DNA from: Macrostomum hystrix
Lineage: Eukaryota; Animalia; Platyhelminthes
Length of the DNA stretch: 64,000 nt
Direction: 5' to 3'
Assembly: GCA_950097015.1 (NCBI GenBank)
Contig: CATNEN010000038.1
Location: 29,016,001 to 29,080,000 of the forward strand
Shown: positions 24,201 through 37,400 of the stretch, piece after piece
How positions within the stretch are numbered: position 1 is the first letter of the stretch
Layout: every line of letters starts with the position of its first letter
The notes under the pieces: model-generated
What the model saw: only the letters and a program-made list of their open reading frames with translations
The model's database searches: none
Told to the model about the DNA's origin: nothing
Position numbers and translations under genes: made by a program

Positions 24201-26977
24201 AGGATTGCATCTCCTCTGTTTGCGTAGTTCTTTGAAATTTTTACATTTAAAGGCAGGCGCTATAACGGTGCATTTTGCGAGCATCCGTTTCCATTTCAAG
24301 AAGAAAGAAATCAAATACAATGCACAACAAGTGAATAAATATGCAAATTTAGGTTAGGGTTCGTCTTCTAAAGGACCTATGGAAAAGCTTGCTTCGCTCG
24401 GCTTCCCCTTGGTCCTTGCTGGCTCACCCATCTCGCAATGAAGATTGTATCTTCATTACTATAGCCTTGTTTCTTGTCTTTTAGTCAATTTTCGTAAATG
24501 GTGAATTTTTGTGCGGGTTTTTTGCTATCTATCTAATCTATCTATCTATCTATTCATCAATTGATCCATCTCAGATGCCACTCACGCGGTATCGTCTACC
24601 GGATGAGTCGCCGCAGTCCATCTGACCGTTGCTGCTGCTGCAGACTTTGCAACAGTCACCAGATCGAAGCAGCAGCTGCTGAGATTCAGGACAATGCAGA
24701 ATAGGACAGTTAGTCCGTTGACAGTGAATGGTGCCTGACTGAATAAAGTAGTTGAGATGGAGTTGTTACATTGTCTCAAAATTTATGACTTGCAAAGACT
24801 GCATAATTTGATACGACACAGCAGCAACCGAGAGTCACCTGGCAGGCGCAATTTGTGCAAGTGTCCAGTCTCCAGCTAGTCCCATTGGAATACAATGTGC
24901 CCTGAAATAGGCACTGCTCAAGTGGCACCATTCTTCGATGACGCCTGTCTTCGCCAAACTGCTCTGTTAGTGAATAAAGTGTCGAATGATTTCGATATAG
25001 AAAAATAGAATTGTAGTTTTCTGCGCCTTCAAAGATTCTGATACACCTCTGTTAGGTAAGGGGGTCATTGGCAGAGCCGCGAACGTGTTTGCCTCTCGCA
25101 ACAAGGTCCTTGAGCTCGATTCCGTGTCGAGGCTACATTCGTTTGGGACGCAGTCGCGGAGAGAAGGTCGGGCTTGTCATGCAATTTAAACTCTTGATGA
25201 CCAACCTCCAAGACAGTGAGATTATACACTGCTGGACCATAAGAAAGTCAGGGCAGATGTACTCGCCTGTGTGAGCGTGTGCCTGGGTGCGCTATTTGCG
25301 TGAGTGTGTGCTCTGGAGTTAGCGAAATGGGGCAGAATTGCCTCCTTTCTGGCTGTCACCAATGATGTGCCATGGTCCGCAGCCCTCCTGCAACTATTAT
25401 TAATATTGTTACACCCCTGTAAACAAGTCAGCTCTGAAGCTCTGCTCGTCAACCAATCAACCAATATTCGAATCTCGCTTGGTACAAAGGCATAGGGGAT
25501 TCAAGAGTAAAGCTAGAAACTCACTGCGACAGCTAATGCACTGTCCATGGACCATCTGAACGTCGCGCGGACAATTCGGTACCGGGCAGGCGTCTTTGTA
25601 ACAGGACAGAGTGCCGGCAGAGCAGCTGCAAACGATCGACTGGTCATCGAATGGCCGAACAATTTCGTTTGGTAGCACTGACAGCTGCTTTAATGAGCAA
25701 CCGAAGCAGCTGTAGATGAAGTGCATAGATAGTTAATTGGGGTTTGAAGCTGTGAATACAGATTAAACGAAATAATAGGCTTACTTAATTTACATTTCAG
25801 AAGCTATTGAAGTTTTAGGCCGGTAAATACTCTAAAAAAGATATTACCTGCATACAGGGGTGAGATTGGACTAAGAAATGAGTCTTGCACCAAGGTCCCT
25901 GAGCTCTAATCCGCGGTAAGGCCACATTTATCTTGGGCGGAAGGCAGCGGAAAGAAAGCTTAGGATCTTGTCGTGCAATTTAAACTCATGATGGCTAACC
26001 TCCAAGGCACAGTGATAGTATACACTGCTGGTCGATGAGAAAGTCAGGACAGATTTACACATCCATGAGAATGTGTGCTCAGGAGTCAGCGAAATTGACC
26101 GCATTACCTCCTCGCTGGCTGCGGGTCTACTGTCATTAAATTATGTGCCAGTGTCCAAATTAATATTAAGATAAAGAGACGAGACATGGAAGAGATGAGA
26201 CCAGATGAGATTATAGAAGAGAGTAAATGCTGTACTCTCTGACTCCTGAAAAGGGGCCAGATGGATCTGATTTAAGGAATGTGACCATCAGAGCCTAATT
26301 CAGGAGTTAAAGTTCAGAACAATAAAACAATTAAATACGCTTCAACTGTAGAATCAGATTAGATAAGTACCTCGGACAGCACTGGCCGGGAACCCTGAGC
26401 TGGTACTCAGGTTGGCACGGTGGGTGACATTGCCTCTGGTACTCAGTGACAATGCCAGCCAAGCAGTGACTGAGCTCGCACGGATCAGCCGCGTCAAGGC
26501 GGTGGACCAGCTGGCCATGCTGCAGCGCCTGACCAGTTAGCCGAAGTCGACACGACCGGCAGGTGGCGCAGCAGATGTCATTCTGGGTTGCGTAACAAGC
26601 CGTGTCAACCTCCGGGCAATGATTCTGCCAGCACGAATATATGCCGTTCTAGGAGTTTGTGTGTGAAAATCGATCGATTGGGTCTCGCTTGTTAAACAGC
26701 CTCAAGCGTAGAATAAGCTATATTTATTAATTTAAGGTACAGACCCGACAGCTGCACTGGTGACACGGCGGGCTAATAAAGTCCCTGATCTGGCCGTTGC
26801 ACCTCAGAAATTTTTCTTCAGCTGAAAAGAAAGAGAATTGATAAGTTGTTGGTTGGGATGATACTTTAAAGATCAGATCTGGCACAAAAAAAGAAAAATA
26901 ATGATCTTACCAAACGAGCTACCTAGCTGCAATGCCACACAAATCAAGCCAGTCACAATTATCACACTGTAGAACAT
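18286..26977 (-). CDS. BMPER: BMP-binding endothelial regulator / Crossveinless-2 (signal peptide, 5 VWC, VWD, C8, TIL), ~700 aa
   Basis: Nine phase-consistent exons: 26977-26911, 26821-26745, 26648-26371, 25709-25525, 24963-24839, 24738-24586, 21781-21588, 19382-18759, 18685-18286. VWC2 has the BMPER-type PCxxxxCxxGIVTE pattern; VWD begins RTFDAR...GCRY; C-terminal TIL CPKHFRYTDC...CVGGCVC. Confidence 0.87.
20151..20295. mobile_element. Small TIR element (MITE-like, ~145 bp)
   Basis: TAAACGCCGTTTAATTCA at the left end and TGAATTAGACGGCGTTTA at the right are inverted repeats with one mismatch. Confidence 0.55.
20296..20964 (+). mobile_element. 5'-truncated non-LTR retrotransposon with RNase H end and CCHC knuckle (LOA/I-like), frameshifted
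   Basis: GNEMADQLAKAGA (RNase H C-terminus), LSGHG and CPFCCSGRENAEHFICHC; flanked by 14-bp direct repeat AGACGGCGTTTATT at 20282 and 20965. Confidence 0.85.
21095..21410 (+). mobile_element. Dispersed TIR-type repeat family C
   Basis: tgcctacttcacgatagctccaaa...ccgacgagaatcgttgaatatctcgacga...ggatagagcg, shared with about 27190-27700, 35345-35520, 39735-40380 and 52985-53130. Confidence 0.7.
25060..25405 (+). mobile_element. SINE family A copy
   Basis: tggcagagc A-box, gagctcgattcc B-box, gcagatgtac core, ctcctgcaactattatta tail. Confidence 0.85.
25857..26160 (+). mobile_element. SINE family A copy
   Basis: gcaccaaggtccctgagctc...ggccacattt...gaaagtcaggacagatttacac. Confidence 0.8.
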
Positions 26978-27189
26978 CGTAGTGGAGTCTATCGCACTGT
27001 AGAAAAATCTCTGCATATTCATCAGCGGCCGAATCTGTATGCGGTTATAATACATTGGTGTGAAGCAATTTGCCGATCTTTTGTGATTGGTCTATTCACA
27101 CAAGAACAATTCTTTTTCAATTTGCATTGAGAGACGCCTTGGGAACGAGGATAATGACTGACACATTTATAGAAAGCAGTTCATTTTTT

Positions 27190-27700
27190 TAATATCCTAA
27201 AATATTCAACCAATCGCCATTAAAATCCAGAACGCAAGATTAAATTTTACGCTCTATCCGATGAAAAACCTTTCAGAATCACATAACATCGTCGTCGTCG
27301 AGATATTCAACGATTCTCGTTGGGGTGTCTGATGGCAAAAACCACCAATATTGGCATAAGTTTTCTGCTCACATTACTATTTTAGATTGATTGCATTGTT
27401 ACTTTTTCAATTTTGAAACAAAAATTATTTGCCATAAAAGGTTTAAACAGAACGATGTTATTTGTCCTTGTCACCAGGGTCTCCGACAAAAATCGATGAA
27501 TCTCGACGACGCTGACTCGGAAGGCTCTGAAAGTTGGTTTATCGTAAAGGGCGGAAAGTTTTGATTCAGTTGGTGGAATTTCACAAAAATCGGTCATTCG
27601 ATTTTGGAGCTATCGTAAAGTAGGCAGTGGGTATTTGACATACCTCCGTGGTGTTTGCCCAGCAGGAAAATAGCATGGTCTTTCTAGCTGTTACCGATCA
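27190..27700 (-). mobile_element. Dispersed repeat family C copy, between divergent genes
   Basis: Reverse complement of the 21095 element (cgtcgagatattcaacgattctcg; tttggagctatcgtaaagtaggcagtgggtatttg). Confidence 0.7.
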
Positions 27701-28400
27701 AAGTTACATAATTTTGCTGAACGAAAAAATGATTGAAAGGTAATTACGTGAGTATTAATTGAGTATTAAAGCGAACTCCACTCCAAAGGCTCCTGAGTTC
27801 AAATGCGCAGCGAGGCCACATTTATTTGAGGCGCTGTCGTAAAGAGAAGCTTTGTACGATTTACGCCCACATCCACATGCAAATGTTCCTCAAAATACCA
27901 TTGGAGACCAGGCTAGAAAGGCATAGACTAGATGAGAAGAACTCCAGCTTAAAAACTCAAATAAGTGGTGAAAGTTTTATTTCGTCAAGGCGAAATGTGC
28001 GCAAAGTTAATGAGTAGAAGTACTTAGTGGTAGCGCCTCAGCTCAAAGCATATAATGCGACACAGGCTACATGCGACAGACCCGAAGCGAAGAATTTTGT
28101 TATATCAATGACAAGAGCAGTTAGCTGATAATGGCTCCAGGCAGACTCAAGGCTGGTATAACATTCTCCTAAGGCTGGTCTTATCAGTGGCTCTGGCTTG
28201 ATATGCATTGCTCTCTGCATGGCCACCGATTCTAAACTTGCCGATACAGAGGCGGCTAAAAGGTGAAAACTCGTTCTGCGAATGCATTTTTTTCTAGGGA
28301 GAAAATTGCAGATATATTAGTTGCCAGCTCAAGGTCAAGCTGAAAGTTTTCGTTTGAATCCCAGTCAAAGGCAACTAATTTGCGGGACATGTCTGCAGGC

Positions 28401-31400
28401 ATGAGCTGGTTTTGTCTGGCCATTTGCCTAATTAGCTTCATCAGCCAGGCAGCTGGTAAAGATCCGTACTGTTATAAGGTGCAGAATGAAGGTTAGTATA
28501 TTCTACGCTTGTTACATCGTATTAAAGTATGACATTTTTTATTAGAAGCGTAAAGTGCTTCATAGACGTGTAGCTTGAGCAACCTGTTAGTCATGTAATA
28601 TCAGAGGGATCCCGTTTCATAGGAGGATTATCAGAGAGGATCCCATTGAATCACCTGTTAGACATGTGTATTGGACCACCTGTTAGAAATGTACCTTGAA
28701 ACATCTGTTAGAAACGTAGTTCAAACCACCTGGTAGGCATGTACCTTAAACCACCTGTTAGACATGTAGTTTAAACAAACTGTAAGACATTTAATTTACC
28801 TTGAGACAACTGATAGACTTGTACATTGAACCACATGTTGGACATCAAGCTACATACATGACACAAAGAATGTCCTGCTACATTCCAGGTCCAGCGCCGC
28901 CAACTATTCCTGAAATTTTCCAAGCCAGTATCGAGATGAAAGATTTAAAGCGAAATCTGACCACGGATATGGAAATCTGGTTTGAGTCGGAGCAGCAGTT
29001 GGTTAGGCTCAACTCAGTTCAGGAAAGCTCCAAATATGACGCGTTTTACTCTTTCAAAACGCAGGAGATTTTCGTTCTCCCTACAGGTACACTGGTGGTG
29101 TTTGTCATAATTATGTGTTTTGATTTTTAACGCAACTCTAATCGTACAAAGCTTCTATATTTTTAGACCAGCCTTGTTTAGTGTTGGAAATGACTGCAAT
29201 GAACGAATTTGTGGTTCTAATTGGTAAAGTTGTCGACGGCAAAATTGTGCCAAAAGATGCTAAGAGCGTTCTACGACTCAACCCGGAGTTTGGTATTGTG
29301 AGTAGATTCAAATCGCAATCTATAGAACAATAACGAACCCTGCTTTTTGTATTTATTTTACAATTTCAGAAATATGTACCGAATGATGTCAAGATCAGGG
29401 GCGTTGCGGCGGACCGATGGTACAGCTGTCAGACTTGGCCAGAGATGAACTCTGAATTGGAGGTCAACTGGTACTTCTCGAGTGAGCATGATTTGCAGGA
29501 TTTTCAGAGTTGATCCCATTCCAGCGGAGGATTATCAGAGGGGATCCCATTCCAGCGGAGGATTTTCAGAGTTGATCCCATTCCAGCGGAGGATTATCAG
29601 AGGGGATCCCATTCCAGCGGAGGATTATCAGAGGGGATCCCATTCCAGCGGAGGATTTTCAGAGTTGATCCCATTCCAGCGGAGGATTATCAGAGGGGAT
29701 CCCATTCCATCGGAGGATTATCAGAGGGGATCCCATTCCATAGGTGGATAATCAGAGGGGATCACATTCCATAGGTGGATTATCAGAGGGGATCCCATTC
29801 CATAGGAGGATTATCAGAGGGGATCCCATTCCATAGGAGGATTATAAGACTGGATCCCATTCCATAGGTGGATTATAAGCCTGGATCCCATTCCGTAGGA
29901 AGATAATCAGAGGGGATCCCATTCCATAGGAGGATTATCAGAGGGGATTCCTTTCCCTAGGAGGATTATAAGACTGGATCCCATTCCATAGGAAGGTAAT
30001 CAGAGGGGATCCTATTCCATAGGTGGATAATCAGAGGGGATCCCATTCCATAGGAGGATTATCAGAGGGGATCCTATTCCATAGGTGGATAATCAGAGGG
30101 GATCCCATTCCATAGGAGGATTATCAGAGGGGATCCCATTCCATAAGTGGATAATCAGAGGGGATCCCATTCCATAAGTGGATAATCAGAGGGGATCCTA
30201 TTCCATAGGTGGATAATCAGAGGGGATCCCATTCCATAGGAGGATAATCAGAGGGGATCCCATTCCATAGGTGGATAATCAGAGGGGATCCCATTCCATA
30301 GGAGGATTATCAGAGGGGATCCTATTCCATAGGTGGATAATCAGAGGGGATCCCATTCCATAGGAGGATTATCAGAGGGGATCCCATTCCATAAGTGGAT
30401 AATCAGAGGGGATCCCATTCCATAAGTGGATAATCAGAGGGGATCCTATTCCATAGGTGGATAATCAGAGGGGATCCCATTCCATAGGAGGATAATCAGA
30501 GGGGATCCCATTCCATAGGTGGATAATCAGAGGGGATCCCATTCCATAGGAGGATTATCAGAGGGGATCCCATTCCATAGGAGGATTATAAGACTGGATC
30601 CCATTCCGTAGGAAGATTATCAGAGGGGATGCCATTCCATAGGAGTATTATCAGAGGGGATCCCATTCCATAGGAGGATTATCAGAGGGGATCCAATTCC
30701 ATAGGAGGATTATAAGACTGGATCCCATTCCATAGGTGGATTATAAGCCTGGATCCCATTCCGTAGGAAGATAATCAGAGGGGATCCCATTCCATAGGAG
30801 GATTATCAGAGGGGATTCCTTTCCCTAGGAGGATTATAAGACTGGATCCCATTCCATAGGAAGGTAATCAGAGGGGATCCTATTCCATAGGTGGATAATC
30901 AGAGGGGATCCTATTCCATAGGTCGATAATCAGAGGGGATCCCATTCCATAGGAGGATTATCAGAGGGGATCCTATTCCATAGGTGGATAATCAGAGGGG
31001 ATCCCATTCCATAGGAGGATTATCAGAGGGGATCCCATTCCATAAGTGGATAATCAGAGGGGATCCTATTCCATAGGTGGATAATCAGAGGGGATCCTAT
31101 TCCATAGGTGGATAATCAGAGGGGATCCCATTCCATAGGAGGATAATCAGAGGGATCCCATTACATAGGAGGATTATCAGAGGATTTGATTCTGTTTGGG
31201 TTTTCAATGGTACTCGCCTACTAGAAGAATAGTAGATTAATTCCAGGAGAAAATCTTGCCAGATTCTGCAAACAGTGCAAAAAACTTTGGTAATATGTCT
31301 CTCTGTAGCAAAAGTATCATCACTGATTGCTCTCCAGAGCCCGGGTGGATATCGCCATCGGCCCTTCCGACCCTGTTGCGGATCGAGGTGCACGGTGTTC

Positions 31401-34400
31401 GCACAGAGAACAACATCAGCCTGGACTTCAGTATGGTGTACGACTTCACCCAGTTCCGGCACTACCTCCAGTCGCCTTTGACGGTGTTTCAGGTGATCTT
31501 TGCTAAACTTGCTTAAAGTTGAGAATGGTTTACCAACTTAGGAATTTGGGGTTGAGTGGCAGAGCGGCTAACGAGTTTGCCTCTCGCACCAAGGTCCCTG
31601 AGCTCGATTCCGCGGCGAGGCCACATTTATTTGGGGCGCAGCCGCGGAGAGAAGGCTCGGGGGCTTGTCGTGCAATTTACGCTCTTTAGGGCAGGGCAAG
31701 GTAAACATGCACACTTCCTGACGATAAGAAAGTCAGTGCAGATGTACACACCTGTGTGAGCGTGTGCCTGGGTACGGTATATGTGTGCGTGTGTGCTCAG
31801 GAGTCAGAGAATTGGGCAGAATTTCCTCCTCGCTGGCCGCAGGTCTAGTGTCACTAAATGATGTGCCATTGCCCGCAGCCCTCCTGCAATTATTTTTTAA
31901 TTTGAGATTACTTAGTTATCTGGGGATAATTTCCAAACAGATAGTATCATAGAATATCAAATCAAATGACACTTTCTCAGGTCTCGTGTAAGACTTTCGT
32001 AAATATTTTATTTTCCTAAATTTCCCCTGAGGTGTAAGTACACTATGTTTGTTTTGTCAAATAAGTGACAATGAGCATGCATCTAAAATAACCGCCTTCT
32101 GACTGACGCACATTGTACAGACACCCAGAGGCACCTATTGTCGCGGCCGAGCGAAGACCAAACCGCTACCAGACCTGCACCCGATCATGACCTTCACCTG
32201 GGAGGTGCTCGCCGGCCGAGCTCAGGCAATCAACAACGTGTTCTACGGAAGGCTCAACTACGATAGCACACAAAATATGGTGCGATACGACTACAGAGAG
32301 CCTAATTCCATGTTCAAGGGACCGTTCTACAACCTGGGCACGCTGACTGTCATCCACGACTTCAACTCTGGCGTGGCCTATTACATTGACGGCGTGCGCG
32401 GAAATTGCACCGACCAAGCTATCGGATCTGAGTTCATCGACACCAACGATGTGGATATTAAAGACTCACCTGGTTGGCACCTGGTTGAGCTGCGTAGACC
32501 CAAGGATCTCTTCCGGTTTGATGACTCTTATCAATATGTTGGAAAGGTTCGTTTTTATATCAAGAGACGCAAAGCGTTCACACCTTATTTAACGGGCTGT
32601 ACAAAAAGCACTCTACGGGACAAAAATATGTTTTGGACAATATAATTATATTTTATTTTATAAATATTTTATCTTGTATTTGTTTACACACATTTAGAAT
32701 TATGGGAGACAACAAATTGGGTTGGAAGAAAAGTAAATTTCAGTAGACGAAAACAACGGCCCTAATAAGGGCCACTTGTTCATCTTTATCTAGTCTTTAT
32801 CTCAACTTTACCTGAAGCAACTGTTAGCCGAGCCCTTAGACGGCCTCCGTACTACTCTGAGATCCGTGCAATGAGCTTAAGAACGACTTTGCACAGGCCC
32901 TGGGCTGGTGGCTATCTACTTTTTGGTTGGTATAGCCTTGGGGTTGTTGCCAGTGGCAGTGATGGGAACAGTGACCGTTTTTTATTTGTCAAAATGTGCT
33001 CGTTTTCAAAAGACGTACCAGTGCATTACAGTATACCCGTTGCCAGGGAATGTCCCGAGGACTACCAGTGGACGTCTACATTTCTGTGCGAACAATTCAA
33101 ACTAGTGGAGTCGCGATCAACGTCACATACGAATACTACATCCTGGATGTTGGTTCTTAACACATTTCTCAAGTTAATCGTGTGCAATGAATTGACGCAA
33201 TTCCGGAAGTGGCTAAAGTACATTTCTGCGCAAAAATTTACAGGAGAGTGTGACCGAGATTGCCATCGGCAAGGGCCACGTCGGTTTGGGAAAGAGTGTG
33301 CCCATCGAACTGCGCATCGCTTCCTACAGCGAGGATGGTTCGGTGAGTTGATTATTGTCTAGCTAAAACGTTTCAATCGAATAAAAACATTTTATTTGCT
33401 TTAACTACGACACATTTTTCATTTATCACACGTCAAATCGTCAGGAAAAAATGTGAATGCTTATCCATACAGGAAGGGGATCCTTCATTCGGCTACTATG
33501 AGAGGTACAATTTCTTCAACTTCGAGGTGTCAGATCCAGACTCCAGCACTGGTCGAGACGTCGATCAGATTCAGCCTTTTCAGTTTGATGTTGGCGCCTG
33601 CTACACACAAGAGCAGCGACTGAACTTTGTCATCACATTCAGCTCCGTCAACGGTAAAGTAAATCCTTAATTCCTAAGATTCACGAGCGTAAAGTTTACA
33701 AAAGCATGAAATTTATGTGCAAAACGCTTCCAGACACGATTGAGCCTAAGAACATGAACCTGACTGAGTTGTTCATTCGCAACGCAGTGAGAGCTCTCAG
33801 CGACAGTGACATGGGGCTGGCCAGTCCGTTGCGATTCCAGCATCCGCAGCTGGACTATGACGACAAGTTTCTCTACATGACTGTTACGCTGCTAGATAAG
33901 CCGCACGTCTACTGTGAGTAGCGTCATTCAGTTATGCAAAAACTCAGTATTATCCACCAAAATATTCTAATGCTGTCTCCCAACAAGATTAGCCCAAAAA
34001 ATTCGCCATCAAACACACAATCAACAGCTCAGTTCATCAAGGTTGACCCCGCCAAGAATCCGACCGTCCTGCGAATCGACGACAGCGCCCAGCTGGCGGA
34101 CGAACAGGCCTGCTTGGAGTCCTGCAACCGCGACGTGTCCAGCGGCTGCAACACTGTCGCCTTCTGCTCCGGACCGAACTTGCCACAGGGCCGGAACTGC
34201 CTGTATTCGGCCTTGTTCGGCTATCAGAAGAATACTCAGGCGGCCTACACTTGCCAAGTCTTTGTCCGTAAGTGCATGCGGTTTGAACTTAAGAAATGAG
34301 AGGCAGTTATATAGAGGCAACTAAAAGCCCATACCAAAGAAAATACAGTGCTAGCAAAATCTGACCTTCAAATATTTTTCCAAAGGTCTTGAATGCAATG

Positions 34401-37400
34401 CCATTCAGCTTCTAGTGTTCTTTTGTCCGCAAAAAGAAATACTATAGGAATAAGTTTAAAAGCGCTTCAGAGCCAATATTGTTAGAATTTAGGTTTTGTA
34501 AGGTGAAGCATGCTTAATCTTTGGGAAATTTTTCGCTTACAAAAACCCTAGGTCCAACCAATTCGTCGTCTCGTGTCTCCGAGCTACCCCTGGAAGAGGC
34601 CTGGTTCAGTGTCAGCGCCCAGGTCAATGCAGGCCTGTTCGTAGTGCCCATTGTGACAGCCAGTGGTCGGACTCACACATTCAAAGCGCAGTCGATTGAG
34701 CGCTTCGAAATTCGTCCGGACGTTTACAATCCACTTAGGGGTCGGCACCTGCAGCAATTCACCGCGATGGAGCGTCTGTCAATGCGCAACCCTAAGCGTC
34801 AGGTTGAGAACAAGGTGTCCGCCGACGATTGCGCACTTGCTTGTCTGGATGAGACCCAGTTCAAATGCCAGTCAGTGACCTACTGCTATGATTTGGGCGT
34901 CTGCTATCTGAGTGAGGATGCGCCAGACGATGGCAAGACCAATACACTGGACCGGGCCAGGTGCAACATCTACATTAGTAAGGATAAAATAGCACATTTC
35001 ATAGTTTTTCTTTTCGAATGATAAAAATGTCTTAAAAGAATGTCGCTTCACAGCATCTATTCGACAGACATAAAAATGACAGAAATCGTAAATTCTAAAT
35101 TTAGTGCTTAAATAAAAGCATTACTAAACCTAAATGTTAATGTGTATTTATAGCTTTCAAGAAAACCAAATTTACAAACCCCTTATAGAAATTTAGCTTT
35201 TGAATTATTTATTTATTTTATTTTTTATTTTTTTGGCGAATCCATATTAGTTTAACAAAAAATTTACGCGATAAAAATATTGCTAACAAGGCTACATGAT
35301 GAAATTTTGTGCGCAGAATAATTGTGCCTTTATTAATGGTTTTTTACATCACACAACCCGACGAGAACCGTTGAATATCTCGAAGATACCGATGTTTTAT
35401 CTGGAAATTGTTTCATCAGATCGAGCGGAAAAAATGTAGCTTTTTATCTGGATTTTATGGCGATTTGTTAAATATTTTGGGAGATGCTGAATAATGTGTG
35501 AATTTGAAATACTACCCCGTGGTAGATGTTTTAATGTTTAATGTTTAATGTTTTAACGAAACATTCCTATGTTCAAAACTTAAAGCCAATTTAAAATCCC
35601 AGAGAACGAATTGGCAAAGTACAACCAAATGTTGGGCACCTCAAGGATCTACATCAAGGGAAAGAATCCTTCTGGTGAGGTAACCAAACCTGAGCAGTGT
35701 GCGAGGATCTGCGACCAGCGTCAAGTTTCTCCAAACACAAACAGCACCGATACCGGATGTCGCAGCTTTGACGTCTGCAACATTGGTGGCAAGCAGCAGT
35801 GCTATCTGGACTCCGGGCACCTGACAGACGACGGCGGAATCACAGGAAACCGTAGCGAATGCACCCACTATTCAAAATCGTTCGTTGTGGACTTTGTTCG
35901 CTCCCGAACTCTGACGGATCCGAGCTTTCAGGTGACTGACAGGTGTTGTTTTGTTATAGTTAGGGTCACATACAGCTAATTTTTTGCTAATAATTATCTT
36001 CTCCAATCACAGGATCAAAAGCTATTCGGCAGTTTAACAGAAGATCGTTGTGCCAGGAAGTGTGCCGAAGAGTTCGGCCTGGACTGCCAGGGCTACTATT
36101 TCTGCAACTCAACTGGAGACTGTGCCATCTTCATCCTAGGCTCCACCCCGGCACCTGAAAGTGGATCTGGAGCTGGGCTGAAGTGCGACTACCTCAAGAG
36201 TGAGTTGCTTGCAAGCTAATTGGGTTTTTTACCTTAATTTTTTTCTCCTCTTGAGTAAACAAGAGGTAAAAGCCAAGCAAGGTGGGTGGGTGGCGGTAAC
36301 GCATCTGACTCGCGAATGGCGCAGATGGCACATTGGCACAGCCACGCAGCTGTGGACTGGCAAGTCCACAGACACAACGCCATACCCTACTCTAAAATCC
36401 TTCCCTTAGTTATTGCTAGCTGCTTGCTGAGCTGAGGCACAATGGAATTAAATATCTTTCCGTCAAAAGACAAATTAAAACTCTTTGTGCTGAGAGAGAT
36501 TCGAACTCCCAACCTCTACGTCAGAAGCTTGAAGCTCCCTTTAGCTGACAATTAGTAATTCTAAGTTAATAATATATTTTAGGATTAGTTCAATAAAAAT
36601 CATTATATTTGCAGATGTGGCTGTGGGCATTGGTACATCATTTGTACACATCATGTACATCATTGGTACATCATTCCGCCCATTCCGCTGATTCCTGAGC
36701 ACACACACACATACATACTCTACACAAGCAGACACTCACACAGGTGTGTATGTTGTAGTTTATCGGTACCGTCGGCAGTTCGCCGACGCGGTAGTAGGGG
36801 TTCGGGTACGGACCGCCCAAAGCTTGCCGGGGGAGGAGGGATGGGAAGCAGCGACCTTCGAGGCGTTCCGACACTCCGAGGCGAGACGGGATGGGCTTGG
36901 AGCGTTAGCCCGGCACAGAAGGATGCGTGAAGGCTTTGACTGCGAGCGGGTAGCCACTCGACAGCCCCAGAGAGAGGTGGATGACGGTCTGGAGGCGTAC
37001 CGACGCTTCGCAGACTCGAGGGAAGACTCGGGAGGAGAAGCATGATGATGATGAGCTTTTGGCAGCAGCAGAGGTCGGGCAGAGGAACAAGGTTTGAGCA
37101 TGGACAAATAAATAACTCGTTAATGCTTTTCTTACCGGGAGGGATCGAACGCTGCACTCATGGCAATTAGTAGCTCAGGCGGCGTAGATTTATTTATTTA
37201 TATTGTATGGATTGTTCGCTTCTAACTCAGGGCAGCGTTCTCACAACGGCCACGGGCATCGCGCGCTAATAAATAACAGCGTGGGGTGGGGCGAGGGCAT
37301 AGGGCTGGACGGGGTAGGGCTAAGCTACGCAGGGCTGGGGTGGGAGCAAACACACAAGGCTGAGAGCCGAGAGAGAGAAGGAGGCCGGCTAGCCAATCAG

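Noticed and set aside
29495-31190. CRISPR-like appearance of 31-bp repeats (also 54410-55880)
   Set aside because: Units are head-to-tail with no unique spacers, there are no cas genes, and the context is eukaryotic.
31547-31620. tRNA gene candidates at SINE heads (also about 36490-36540 and 50081)
   Set aside because: A/B boxes are present, but no cloverleaf and they continue into repeat bodies.
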